This document shows, piece by piece, positions 42,177 to 51,248 of a DNA stretch of 51,248 nt. The translations under genes and the position numbers were made by a program. Every line of letters starts with the position of its first letter. The first letter of the stretch is position 1. The notes beneath the pieces are model-generated. The model did not search any database, was not told the DNA's origin, and was given only the letters and a program-made list of their open reading frames with translations. Origin of the DNA: a virus (Duplodnaviria > Caudoviricetes); the IMG/VR virus record IMGVR_UViG_3300048999_000032, positions 1 through 51,248 of that record. One strand, written 5' to 3'.

Positions 42177-43196
42177 CTATCCTCCAGTCGCAGTAGGGAC
42201 GGGCATGGAGCCGGCGGAAGCGGAAGTAGTCAGGCCAGTTGCTGCCGATGCTGTCGGCGCAGGCCCAGTGGCAGCACTTGCGGAGCCGGAGGTGGGCGGC
42301 GCAGGCGGGACGTATACCCACGTCGGCCCGAAGATGTGTCCACGGCGTACCGCAGGCACACCGCAGCGGCGCGAGGGCATCCGCACTGGGCAGGTTGCGC
42401 GCGGCAACGGCGTAGCAAGGAACTCGCCGCGGCGTACCGGGCCGACCTGCGGGCGTCGGGTCCGAGCGATCTGCGGTACCCAGGACGAGACAGTGATGGT
42501 CTGCTGCGGGACCGGGGTCCAGAATCGTCCACGGCGCGCGAACAGCACCTTGACCCGGCTGCGGATCGTCTGCGGCAGCGCCACAGACGGGGCCGGGGCC
42601 GCGCCGACAAGCGGGACCGTGAAGAACTCGATGCGCCTAGGAGCCACCAGACGACGTGTAGACGGACGCAGGAAACTTGGCGGCAACGGACCGGGGCCAG
42701 CCAGTACAGCAAGCGGCGGGACCATGTAGAACCGGCCCCTACGAGGTGCCGCTGCGCGGCGGGTGGTTGGGTGCTGGATGTTCGGTAGAAGCGGTCCCGG
42801 TCCGGCGAGCACAGCCGCGGGGATGACGGTCAGGAACTCGCCACGCCTAGCCGGGCGGACCGGGGCCCGGCGCGTGTTCAGGAACGGCGGGACCCAGACC
42901 GCTACAGCCGCGACGGACGCCGGTGGAACGGCGTAGAACCTGCCCCTGCGGCTGCCGCGGGGACGAGAGTTGCGCCCCGCCGGCTCGCTGAACATGGGGA
43001 CGTACTGCGACGTCTGCACAACCGCGGCGGGGACAACCCCGAAGAACTGTCCACGGCGTGTGGTACGCGGCCGGGAGTTGCGGGCTGACGGCTCCTGGAA
43101 GACCGGGGCATAGGGCGATGCGGCGACGACCTGGGCTGTGATGGTCTTGTAGAACGCGCCCCTGCGAGATCTGGGGTAACGCCAACGACGAGACAC
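42177..43196 (-). CDS. Arg/Pro-rich repeat protein (9 RRGxF-type repeats)
   Basis: AAGGGG RBS; fills the gap exactly; periodic motif. Confidence 0.7.
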   Translation of the reverse strand: MSRRWRYPRSRRGAFYKTITAQVVAASPYAPVFQEPSARNSRPRTTRRGQFFGVVPAAVVQTSQYVPMFSEPAGRNSRPRGSRRGRFYAVPPASVAAVAVWVPPFLNTRRAPVRPARRGEFLTVIPAAVLAGPGPLLPNIQHPTTRRAAAPRRGRFYMVPPLAVLAGPGPLPPSFLRPSTRRLVAPRRIEFFTVPLVGAAPAPSVALPQTIRSRVKVLFARRGRFWTPVPQQTITVSSWVPQIARTRRPQVGPVRRGEFLATPLPRATCPVRMPSRRCGVPAVRRGHIFGPTWVYVPPAPPTSGSASAATGPAPTASAATGLTTSASAGSMPVPTATGG

Positions 43197-43233
43197 GCGC
43201 TACCCCTTCCTCGTCAGAGAAACAGGTGCGGGC

Positions 43234-43701
43234 TTATTCCTCCCACTCCATCGAAACCACGTACTTGTGCGAAGCCGGCAGCGCGTTGTCGCGGTTGATG
43301 AACGCGACACCATCGGTCGTACCGGCTGCGATCACGAACTCCTCAAGCAGCTCCCACGGCAGATCCACGCCCGACTGCGAGTTGAACGCGATCCGGTAGG
43401 CGTCCGCGGTCGCCACGGTCGGCGGGGTCGCGTACGACGGGATCAGGGAGCATGACGCGGTGGGTGAGTTCGGGTCGAGCTTGTTGGTGGCGATCGCCGC
43501 ACCAGGGGTGGTTCCGGCGCTCGTGGTGCGCACCAGACCGACAACGACCTGCTGTGAGGTCGGGGTGCTGGCACCGGCGACGACGCCGAGGGTGACACGG
43601 CGGAGCTTGGCTCCCGCACCGGCGACCGGCCGCAGCCAGGCGAAACCGGTGTCGAGAGCGAGTGCAGCAGACGACTCCAGCTGCGAGGTGTAGCGGGCCA
43701 T
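43234..43701 (-). CDS. Putative head/neck accessory structural protein
   Basis: Beta-rich, ends MEWEE; in the head operon. Confidence 0.7.
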   Translation of the reverse strand: MARYTSQLESSAALALDTGFAWLRPVAGAGAKLRRVTLGVVAGASTPTSQQVVVGLVRTTSAGTTPGAAIATNKLDPNSPTASCSLIPSYATPPTVATADAYRIAFNSQSGVDLPWELLEEFVIAAGTTDGVAFINRDNALPASHKYVVSMEWEE

Positions 43702-43715
43702 GAGGTGCTCACTTC

Positions 43716-44396
43716 CTAGTAGAAACCTGCGTACTGACTGATGGGTTGTGGAGCCTTGATGGCCGCTGCAGCGGCGGCCTTTACCTCGACGGCGACCAGG
43801 CCGATCCAGTCGCTCGCGCAGTTGAGGGTCAGACCAACCGACCCACCGGCGGCAGCGTCACCACCGGCGGCATTGTTCGCAGCATTGGTCGAACCGGCAT
43901 TGATCAACCAGCGTTGACCTGTGAACGAAGAGATAGCCGACCCTGCCGAACCAAGCCCCGCGACCTGGTTGCCGGTGGTGGTCCCGGTGACCGTCACCGT
44001 GTCGGAGGTCTGGTTACCCGCGCTTGCGTGAGTCACTGGGGTGCCGAACGCGGCAGCGAACGTTGCTGCGGCCCCCGTGAAGGAGGTCGACCCACCCTCC
44101 AGGTCGGTATTGCCGGATGCCGTCCAGACGATCGTCTTTGCGCCGCTGCCAACGGCGGCAATGCCGAAAGCCTCGGTAAAGCCGGCCGTGCCACCGCCGT
44201 TGTGGATCTTCCCCAGCGAGGTCGCCGAGACCCCTCCGACCGTCATGGTCGTGGTCACGGAGTCGAAGGTGCTGCCGCCTCCGGCGACGATCGCGAGCGA
44301 TGACCCGACTCCGGTGTGGGTCCACGTCAGGGACGTGACTCCGGTGCCCGATGCACCTGCCGATGATGGGCCTACCGCGTCGAAGGCTACGGCCAT
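43716..44396 (-). CDS. Gly/Thr/Ala-rich structural protein (fibre/decoration-like)
   Basis: MAVAFDAVG...SLTWTHT...; AGGAGG RBS. Confidence 0.75.
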   Translation of the reverse strand: MAVAFDAVGPSSAGASGTGVTSLTWTHTGVGSSLAIVAGGGSTFDSVTTTMTVGGVSATSLGKIHNGGGTAGFTEAFGIAAVGSGAKTIVWTASGNTDLEGGSTSFTGAAATFAAAFGTPVTHASAGNQTSDTVTVTGTTTGNQVAGLGSAGSAISSFTGQRWLINAGSTNAANNAAGGDAAAGGSVGLTLNCASDWIGLVAVEVKAAAAAAIKAPQPISQYAGFY

Positions 44397-44406
44397 GACA
44401 GCCCTC

Positions 44407-44796
44407 CTAAGCGGTCGTCAGCGTCCCGGCGACCGCCACGGAGGCTCCCGATACGGTGAGGGTGGCCTTGATTCGCCGCCCGGTACCGGGGAACTGGTCA
44501 AGGCCCACCCGCAGCACGTTCGTGGTGTAGAACCCGCCCGGCCCCCTCGGGGGCGGCGGCATGGCAAGTTGCCCGCCCTCGATACCCGCACCTGCGGCCA
44601 GCGTCCAGGTGGCCCCACCGTCGAGCGACACCATCGCCTCGATCGACAGATGCGTGGCAGGGGTCGCATCCAGCCCGTTCGCCACGGTCCGGTCGATCGT
44701 CAAGGTGATCGAGGTGTCCGTATCCGCGATGCTCACTGGCCCGAAGTCCCGCGCCCCGATCTGCAAGGTGGTCGTCGGGATCGTCACGGTGGGCAT
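44407..44796 (-). CDS. Putative structural protein
   Basis: Beta-rich; SLDGGATW. Confidence 0.7.
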   Translation of the reverse strand: MPTVTIPTTTLQIGARDFGPVSIADTDTSITLTIDRTVANGLDATPATHLSIEAMVSLDGGATWTLAAGAGIEGGQLAMPPPPRGPGGFYTTNVLRVGLDQFPGTGRRIKATLTVSGASVAVAGTLTTA

Positions 44797-44987
44797 CAGG
44801 TCCGCCTGCGCTTCTCACCCTCGGGGGCAATGGCCTTCTCGGTCTTGTCCTCGACCACCGGTTCCCCGATACCCGAGGCGCACATGTCAGCACCGACGTT
44901 GTCCTCGACCTCGAGCACCTCACCGACCTCAGGCCAGTCCCGGCCGTTCAGCAGGCCCGTGGGGCGGTTGACGATACGAACCTTCAT
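44796..44987 (-). CDS. Small capsid-associated protein (63 aa)
   Basis: MKVRI...NGRDWPEVGEVLEV...A..MCASG. Confidence 0.7.
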   Translation of the reverse strand: MKVRIVNRPTGLLNGRDWPEVGEVLEVEDNVGADMCASGIGEPVVEDKTEKAIAPEGEKRRRT

Positions 44988-44989
44988 GA

Positions 44990-45340
44990 TCAGCTCCAGA
45001 TAGCGATAGTGGCCGTGAATGAGGGCGTCGTCCCGCCCGGAAGCGGCCACGACACACGAACGAAAGTTCCCCGCGACTGCGCCACACGCCACACGGTGAC
45101 CCCGGTCGTCGTGATGACAGGGATCGTCTCGTCAGCGTTCGCCGTCAGCCATGTGGTGCCGTCGTTGGAGAACTGCACCACGGGCGCCCATGTCGGACTG
45201 GTGCCCGATACGACATCGACGCCGATGTGCACAGATACAGGGCCGCCGACGTTCCCAACCGGCTGAACCGTGGCGGTGGCCGTATTCCCGGCAGCCGTGA
45301 TGACAGCGGATGACGCGTGCTGCGTCGTGATCCTCGGCAT
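44990..45340 (-). CDS. Putative capsid decoration protein
   Basis: VSGTSPT...QFSNDGTTW...FVRVSW..GGTTPSFT. Confidence 0.7.
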   Translation of the reverse strand: MPRITTQHASSAVITAAGNTATATVQPVGNVGGPVSVHIGVDVVSGTSPTWAPVVQFSNDGTTWLTANADETIPVITTTGVTVWRVAQSRGTFVRVSWPLPGGTTPSFTATIAIWS

Positions 45341-45396
45341 GATTGCTCCAAGCTCTCTGAGGCAAGGCAGGAGCCCCCAGCAATCGGCCTTGGTAT

Positions 45397-45846
45397 CTAA
45401 CTGCGGTCGAGGAGATCGACGACTTCAGTGCGGTAGTTGTCGACCACCCATGCCAGCAGGTCCGAAACGCGCTGACCCTGCGGCTGCGGCTTCGCCCACA
45501 ACTCCAGGTTCTCCGGGCGGTTGTCTCCCCGGATGCCGTTGATGTGGTGCACGTTCTCGAACGGCGCGAGGGGTCGACCGAGGATCTGCTCCATGACGAC
45601 GCGGTGCTCAAGTTTCTTAACCCGGTTTTCGTCAACCACGACCACGTAGCCAACCCCTGTGACATACCGGCCGCCCGTGCCGCGCTTCGTGAGCGTGCGG
45701 CCAGCCAGCGGATCGCCATACCGGAGGAACTTGTAGTTGTGCTTGTTGCAATACCCGGAGGCGAGCGTCGCCACATGGGTTTCACAGTCGTCTACCGAGC
45801 ACCTCGTGCGGCCTCGGTCGAAGTAAGCGGAACGCGTTTCGGTCAT
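45397..45846 (-). CDS. Free-standing HNH homing endonuclease
   Basis: CSVDDC..YCNKH Zn finger; EHRVVMEQILGRPL...VHHINGIRGDNRPENLELW; AT-richer codons. Confidence 0.9.
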   Translation of the reverse strand: MTETRSAYFDRGRTRCSVDDCETHVATLASGYCNKHNYKFLRYGDPLAGRTLTKRGTGGRYVTGVGYVVVVDENRVKKLEHRVVMEQILGRPLAPFENVHHINGIRGDNRPENLELWAKPQPQGQRVSDLLAWVVDNYRTEVVDLLDRS

Positions 45847-45875
45847 TGAACACCTCTGCAATAGGTGGGTACTGC

Positions 45876-45924
45876 CTCTATTCTGGTCCATTTATGATTG
45901 CAGCACAAATGGACCAGAATAGAG
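45876..45924. repeat. Perfect 18-bp inverted repeat
   Basis: CTCTATTCTGGTCCATTT-13 nt-AAATGGACCAGAATAGAG. Confidence 0.9.
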
Positions 45925-45935
45925 AGACTGTTGTA

Positions 45936-47195
45936 TTAAGTTGCGCTGTTGGCGAGGTACTTGCAGGCGTTCGGGTCGACCGTGACGGCCCCGGTACGGA
46001 CCAAAGTGCGGAAAGCAACCTGGTCATTGCCAAAGGCATATTCGTTGCTTCGCTCGAACCGTAGCCCGCCCGCGATGCGGATCTTCAGCGCCGCCATTTC
46101 ACCGAAGTAGATCGACTTCGCGTTCGCCGCCATCACCGGCAGCTGCGGCACGACGTAGGCGGGCTTGCCGAGAATCGTGTCCGGGTCGCCCGCAGTGAGC
46201 GCCGGCTGCCAGATCGAGGACCCGTTCGGTGCGCCCTTCAGGTTCCGGATCGCCGCGAAGGACGAGTCGGCCATGACCCACGCAGCGTTCGTCCGGTACT
46301 CCGGGAGCACCGAGTGGAACAGGTTCACCAGCAGATCGGACCCCATGCCGGCGGTGGCCTGTGAGCCGAGGCTGACCGTGGTGCCCACCGGGCCGGTGAC
46401 ACCGACAGTGGTGAAGCCGGCGATCAGGGCGGTGGTGCCGATGAAGCTCAGGGTGCGGGCGAGTTCACGGCCGGCCGCCATTGAGATGTATCCCTCGAGG
46501 TCGAAGTTGGTGTCGGACACCAACTCAGACGGCACCAGGGTCAGGTAGCCGTACTTGGAGACCGACAGGTTGACCGTGGTGAGCGTCGCGTCGTTCGCGG
46601 TGATAGCACCGTTCGCCGAGATCGCCGCCGGGGTTGCGGCGTTCGCCGTACCGGTGGTGGCGTGCACCGTCGCGACCGGCAGCGGCAGGGTGTTGCCGTC
46701 AGTGGTGTTGAGGATGTCGACACCGGACTGCAGCAGCTGCGACCCCGCCACGGCGTACTGCCACAGCTGGCCGTACACGCCGTCCTGCGCCACACCGCCA
46801 GTGGCGGACATGGCACGCGTTTCCTGGCCACGGGTCGCCATCGCGCGCCGCTCCGCACCCGGAACAGCCGGGATGTCGAACACGTCACCGACACGGGCCT
46901 CACGGGCCCACTTGCCGAACGCGGCGTCGGCATCGGACTGGCGCTGCTGCTCGTTCGGCTGCTTACCTGTGACCTTGCGGAACGACTCCTCGAGCTCGCG
47001 CCCGCGGTCCTCGCCGTCCTTGATGGCCTTGGCCCGCCCCAGGAGCGTGCCCGCCTCGGCGAACATGCCATCGAAGGCCGACTGCTCCTCGACAGACAAC
47101 TCACGGCCCTCGGTCACGCCCCGCTGGGCGATCTCCTGGGCCTCGTTGATGAGCGCTGCGCGGCGCTCCATCAGGGTGTCAGCAATGCTGGACAT
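45936..47195 (-). CDS. Major capsid protein (HK97 fold with delta domain)
   Basis: Coiled-coil N-terminus; SELVSD..FDLEGYI, YRTNAAWVM, LGKP; follows the protease. Confidence 0.95.
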   Translation of the reverse strand: MSSIADTLMERRAALINEAQEIAQRGVTEGRELSVEEQSAFDGMFAEAGTLLGRAKAIKDGEDRGRELEESFRKVTGKQPNEQQRQSDADAAFGKWAREARVGDVFDIPAVPGAERRAMATRGQETRAMSATGGVAQDGVYGQLWQYAVAGSQLLQSGVDILNTTDGNTLPLPVATVHATTGTANAATPAAISANGAITANDATLTTVNLSVSKYGYLTLVPSELVSDTNFDLEGYISMAAGRELARTLSFIGTTALIAGFTTVGVTGPVGTTVSLGSQATAGMGSDLLVNLFHSVLPEYRTNAAWVMADSSFAAIRNLKGAPNGSSIWQPALTAGDPDTILGKPAYVVPQLPVMAANAKSIYFGEMAALKIRIAGGLRFERSNEYAFGNDQVAFRTLVRTGAVTVDPNACKYLANSAT

Positions 47196-47325
47196 GTGTG
47201 GGTCCCCTTTCACGGGACTCGGATGGGGTCATGCATGAGTCCCGGTGGGGGCTGCCCTGCCGGATTACTGCGCTTGATGCGCCACGGTCAGCGGGTGGTT
47301 GTGCCTGCCCGCCGTGAGTGGTGGT

Positions 47326-48072
47326 CTAGAGGGTCGCGTCAGGGTCCAGTAACGCGATCGCCGCGAGAGCAGCCTGCGCCGAACGGTGCTGCTTCACTGG
47401 GGCGGCATTGTCAGTGCGCTTGAAGAACTTGATCAGCTCATCGCGCTCAGCCAGAGCGCGCACTTCAGCGACATCAACGCCGAACTTGCGCGCCAGCGAC
47501 TCGTACGCCGAGCCAGGGCCAATGAGCGCGCCACCGACCCGCTGCTCCACATGGGCCAGCGAGCGGACGTCGACCGTGCTACCGGACCGCAAACCCACCG
47601 AAGTATCCAGGTAGGCGGGGGTGTTCACTGGAGCCACATCGATCAGCCGGACCGACTGCAGGGTCCGCATGGGGTAGCCGGTCACATCATCGGTGGCCCA
47701 GTCGTCATCGAAGGCGATGAATGCGAAGCTCGACTGCCGCACATCTCCCCGCTGCACCAGCTCGTGCACATCCGCGCGGCTCGTCGGTAGATCCACCTGG
47801 TAGGTGAGACCCACCTCGTCGAGTCCGAGGCGCAGCGTGCGGGCACCGGTCGTGCCCAACAAGAGGTTGTCCTCGTGGTTGTAGCGGGCCAGCACGTCCG
47901 GCCAGCCGTCGCCGTGCGACTTGTTGAAGGCGCGCGAGTCGATCTGCTCGACGAAACCGCCGAGATTCTGGGACATCCGCCCGAACTTCGCGGCATACCC
48001 GCCGATGGTCATCTTGTCCCCGGCGCGGATCTCCACCGGGACCGACGTGAAGCGCCGCTCAGCGTCGCTCAT
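47326..48072 (-). CDS. HK97-family prohead protease
   Basis: GYAAKF, GGFVEQI, YNH, SSFAF, DVAPVNTPAY. Confidence 0.95.
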   Translation of the reverse strand: MSDAERRFTSVPVEIRAGDKMTIGGYAAKFGRMSQNLGGFVEQIDSRAFNKSHGDGWPDVLARYNHEDNLLLGTTGARTLRLGLDEVGLTYQVDLPTSRADVHELVQRGDVRQSSFAFIAFDDDWATDDVTGYPMRTLQSVRLIDVAPVNTPAYLDTSVGLRSGSTVDVRSLAHVEQRVGGALIGPGSAYESLARKFGVDVAEVRALAERDELIKFFKRTDNAAPVKQHRSAQAALAAIALLDPDATL

Positions 48073-49196
48073 GGTAGTTCTCCTCTTGTCAGCGGATCTA
48101 CAGATGGTGCGGGTGCGTTATGGAAGTCGCCGCCCGGAACAGGCGGCCGGTCCTCGAGCGCCCTGGCTTCGTTGAGCGACAGACGCCCATCCTTCAGCTG
48201 TTCGCCGATGATGTCGGTGCGGGTCTTCGCGTCCGTCCTGAACGTCGCATCCACGTTCAGCTTGACGCACTGCTGCGCGGGGAGCAGACGGTTGAACGCG
48301 TCCTCGAGCCGCACCATGTACGGACGCATGTCGTTCGCCCGGTTCAGCGGTCGGGACTCGTCCGTGATGTAGGTCAGCGACCCTGCCGCTTCACCGCCGA
48401 TCTCGCGAGGATCGATGCCGTAGATGGCAGCGATCTCGGTAGCGGTCAGCTTCAGGGTCTCGATGAACTGTGTGTGTGACGGCGGGATCACCGTCATGGA
48501 CAGGTCCCAGTCGTTGCCCGTGACAAACGGCTTCCCGGATGTGAACGCAGCAACAGCACGGTCCCGGATCACCGTGGCCGCGTCAGGCTGGATCGTCTGC
48601 TGCGTGTTCCGCAGCACCGCAGGCGGTAGACCGCCGCCACGTCGAACGTCCGCGTAGTCCTGAGCCGACAGGCCTGCACGGACAAGCGCCGCGTAATGCT
48701 CGATCGGCGACAGGCCCAGCGTGTGACCGGTAGGGACGATCCACGGGATGTGCACCAGTTGACTCGATGGGACCGGTTGGCCGGCGACATACCACTGCTT
48801 CTTCAGTTCGTCGAACGACCACCAGTCACGGCGCAGCCAGTTCACCACCGTGGGGTAGCCGAAACCGTCCGTCTCCGAGATCCACCCCACCGCGTTGCCT
48901 GTGGTCACCAGCCCGTACCCGGCCTGGCCGATCCACGACCCGATCCCTGGACGACCGGGCTCGTTCTGGTTGCGGAACAGCAGCGGAAGCGTGATCTCCT
49001 GCCGGGTATCGCCGTTCATCCGGTACGCGTCCAGCGGCAGCGTCGAGAGGAAGTCCACGATGCACCGGATCGCCGAAAACACCGGCGCCAGATGCGTAGC
49101 CCGCTCCGTCGAGAGAGTCCGCAGGTCATAGTCCGGGAACGTGTTGAACCACTGGTCAGCGGTGCGCTGCTCAGCCTTACGGAAGAACAGGCTCAC
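48069..49196 (-). CDS. Portal protein (HK97 family)
   Basis: GNA, GLSPI, QFIET, IAAIYGI.P, NEARALEDRPP. Confidence 0.95.
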   Translation of the reverse strand: MSLFFRKAEQRTADQWFNTFPDYDLRTLSTERATHLAPVFSAIRCIVDFLSTLPLDAYRMNGDTRQEITLPLLFRNQNEPGRPGIGSWIGQAGYGLVTTGNAVGWISETDGFGYPTVVNWLRRDWWSFDELKKQWYVAGQPVPSSQLVHIPWIVPTGHTLGLSPIEHYAALVRAGLSAQDYADVRRGGGLPPAVLRNTQQTIQPDAATVIRDRAVAAFTSGKPFVTGNDWDLSMTVIPPSHTQFIETLKLTATEIAAIYGIDPREIGGEAAGSLTYITDESRPLNRANDMRPYMVRLEDAFNRLLPAQQCVKLNVDATFRTDAKTRTDIIGEQLKDGRLSLNEARALEDRPPVPGGDFHNAPAPSVDPLTRGELP

Positions 49197-49363
49197 CGGA
49201 CCTCACCCTTCCTGGATGAAGCCAGCGCCGAACCCGCGAGGACGATCACGCCGGCAACCGCCAGGGACCACAGTCCGATCCACCTGTAAAGGCCGCCGCC
49301 GACACCGGCAGCGATCAGCAGCAGCCCCAGCGCGTCGAGAAGGGTCGTCAGTATTGCGCGCAT
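49193..49363 (-). CDS. Small membrane protein between terminase and portal
   Basis: Two TMs; GAGGAGG RBS. Confidence 0.7.
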   Translation of the reverse strand: MRAILTTLLDALGLLLIAAGVGGGLYRWIGLWSLAVAGVIVLAGSALASSRKGEVR

Positions 49364-49373
49364 CAGCCCCTCC

Positions 49374-50807
49374 TCAGAACACGGATAACAACGGGTCGTA
49401 CGAGAAGCCGAGCAGATAGTCCGCGATGACAGCACCCTCCAACGGCGACACGTCCGAGGTGGAGTTCCTGCGCCCCACCGCCCACCGGTCACTCACCGGT
49501 CGCCGCTGAGCGCCGCGCACCGCGTCCTCGAGCTCGGGGTGAGTCATGTGCGCGATGGTCTGGGTCTGCACCTTGTCGAAGAACGCGGCGCACGCATCCA
49601 GCACGTCGGTGGTCGTCAGTAGCCGTAGGTTCACACCGGCAGCCTTCAGGGGGTCGATCAGGTCAGCGGCAGGGCCACGGGAGTCGATCCCGATCCGGCA
49701 CTTCAGTGTTTCCTGCAGTCGCTTCGCCTCGTCGACAATCCAGTCAGTTCCACGGCGGCGATCCAGTAGTCCGACCAGTTCGCGGCCAGGCAGCGGAGTG
49801 GCACCGGAGATCGAGGACCAAGCGCGGTCGACCGACACCGCGATGCCCAGCGTGATTCCCTCGGTCGGCGGAGTGTCCTGAGATGGGACAGCGCAGCGCG
49901 CCCACTTCTCTGCGCCGAAGATGTGCTCGAGATGACCGGGGTCGTCCCACCAGCCCAGACGTTCACGTCCGAACTCTTCCGGGGGGAGCGCGAGCCGCTC
50001 ATTGCGGATCGTCTCCGTACGGATCCGGCGACCCATCTGCGGGTTCGCCTGCTGCCAGTACGACTCGTCATCCAAGATGCAGCCCATAGACCCGACTGCG
50101 TGACTGCAGTCCGAGGTGGCGCAGCCTTGCCGCGGCGCGCACCACTCGACGTACACCATTGACCCGGAGCCCAGCCGGCCGCGGTCCCGGATGCCACGAA
50201 GCACCTCGGAGTCCGCCAAGCCCGCAGAAGACCCGTACCAGACCTGCGGCTCATCCTGCGCCGACAGCATCGGCAGCAATGCGCCCATGTGCACCGGTTG
50301 CAGCGCGAACGCCTCATCCAGCACCACGCGCTTACCCGACAGCCCCCGGCCGCCGGACTTCGTGCGGGCCTTGAACTTGATCCGGCAACCGTTCAGAAGC
50401 TCGATCGCCTCATCGCCGTTACCGCGGTGGATGTGCTTGATCTCGCGGTCCAGGTCAGGCGAGGACTCGATCAGTTCCGACAAGTCCCGGAAAGCTTCCT
50501 GAGCTGTCGGGAACTCGTGAGCGCTCCACACCAGCAGCGGCACCTCAGCTATGAACGCCTCACCGAGCGCAGCGATCTTGAACAAGCCAGTTTTGATGTT
50601 CTGACGGGCCCCGATCACCGCAACCTCGAACGCGACCCGCCGACCTGCACGATCCAGGCCGAACATCGGCTCGAGCACCAGCAGCTGCTCCGGATCGGCG
50701 GGGAAGCCGACCATCTCCGCGAGATCAGCGACCTCAGGGGCCAGCGAGTCAGCGAAGTCAGGAGCCGTGAAATGCGCCGGCTTAACCAGCGTGACGTTTG
50801 AGTTCAC
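49374..50807 (-). CDS. terL: Terminase large subunit
   Basis: ARQNIKT (Walker A), GRG, VVLDEA (Walker B), ANP, RERLG, C-terminal nuclease domain. Confidence 0.93.
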   Translation of the reverse strand: MNSNVTLVKPAHFTAPDFADSLAPEVADLAEMVGFPADPEQLLVLEPMFGLDRAGRRVAFEVAVIGARQNIKTGLFKIAALGEAFIAEVPLLVWSAHEFPTAQEAFRDLSELIESSPDLDREIKHIHRGNGDEAIELLNGCRIKFKARTKSGGRGLSGKRVVLDEAFALQPVHMGALLPMLSAQDEPQVWYGSSAGLADSEVLRGIRDRGRLGSGSMVYVEWCAPRQGCATSDCSHAVGSMGCILDDESYWQQANPQMGRRIRTETIRNERLALPPEEFGRERLGWWDDPGHLEHIFGAEKWARCAVPSQDTPPTEGITLGIAVSVDRAWSSISGATPLPGRELVGLLDRRRGTDWIVDEAKRLQETLKCRIGIDSRGPAADLIDPLKAAGVNLRLLTTTDVLDACAAFFDKVQTQTIAHMTHPELEDAVRGAQRRPVSDRWAVGRRNSTSDVSPLEGAVIADYLLGFSYDPLLSVF

Positions 50808-51180
50808 GCCTGGCCCTCAGTTCATCCAGCTTCGAAGCCCTCGGAGCGTCCTTCATGGCCTCAGCCATCACCGATCGCAGTTCCTTGCTGATCGGCGCGA
50901 CACTCAGGCCCATAGCACGCGGGTCCGACATTCTCCGTGCGAGCTCGATCGCCTGCTGGCCCAGCGCCGTATCCGCCACACCGGCCGCCTCGAGCTCACG
51001 CCGAGTCGTCGCGAGCAGCGGTGCGACCGCATCAGGGTCGGCAGGAGGCCGGATCGGCTCCACAGACGCCTTCACGCCCGCTCGGGAGCCACGTTTACGG
51101 CATGCGCCGCTGCAGTAGGCCGCACGGGGCGACTTCGCCTCGAAGGATGACCCGCAGGCCGTGCACTCGACTGTCCTCAC
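50782..51180 (-). CDS. terS: Terminase small subunit with N-terminal Zn finger
   Basis: AIELARRMS...SKELRSVM...LDELRARR; directly upstream of terL. Confidence 0.75.
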   Translation of the reverse strand: MRTVECTACGSSFEAKSPRAAYCSGACRKRGSRAGVKASVEPIRPPADPDAVAPLLATTRRELEAAGVADTALGQQAIELARRMSDPRAMGLSVAPISKELRSVMAEAMKDAPRASKLDELRARRELKRHAG

Positions 51181-51248
51181 CGGGGATCACCTCCGGATCT
51201 GGGCTGTCACTGCGACCATGTGTGACCAGGGAGGGATCGCAGATTGGG

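Larger units (their letters stand above)
1..51248. mobile_element. Temperate actinobacterial siphovirus, apparently complete and in excised (attP-intact) form
   Basis: Full packaging, head, tail, lysis, integration/immunity and replication modules; WhiB; uninterrupted attP; no host housekeeping genes. Confidence 0.93.

Noticed and set aside
45341-45935. Group I intron carrying the HNH
   Set aside because: The capsid gene ends with a normal C-terminus and stop, the next gene has its own RBS and start, and no intron core elements were recognised.

Overview
The window looks like an essentially complete temperate actinobacterial siphovirus genome (GC-rich, HK97-type head), linearised between the packaging HNH gene (start of window) and the small terminase gene (end of window). 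Most genes are on the minus strand. Read from the right end, the order is: terminase, portal, protease, capsid; a free-standing HNH; a cluster of head/neck accessory genes; tail genes with a -1 frameshifted chaperone and tape measure; a PIG-L deacetylase; the lysis cassette; and a degenerate tRNA-like element. A plus-strand block (21.2-28.4 kb) holds two Xre-like regulators, a tyrosine integrase, an intact attP with a tRNA-Ala(GGC) 3' half, an Ltp-like exclusion protein and small accessory genes. The leftward early operon encodes Xis, RNA ligase, RusA, WhiB, a Sak4-like ATPase, two DNA methyltransferases, a Rep-like protein and many small ORFs. The standout is at 18.9-20.6 kb. A stand-alone Cas7/RAMP-like gene is followed directly by a 594-nt array of 110 GGY-NN pentamers, divided by GGCA into 11 units whose lengths are all 5n+4, and then by an accessory gene. 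Read as codon positions 1-2 of a target gene, the variable dinucleotides of the last unit are compatible with TIAHEIGHLVLH, the HExxH motif of ImmA/IrrE metallopeptidases. This points to an RNA-guided system using a gapped, wobble-skipping code. From memory it resembles the recently reported VIPR systems, which should be checked. All calls come from reading the sequence by eye; no searches were run.
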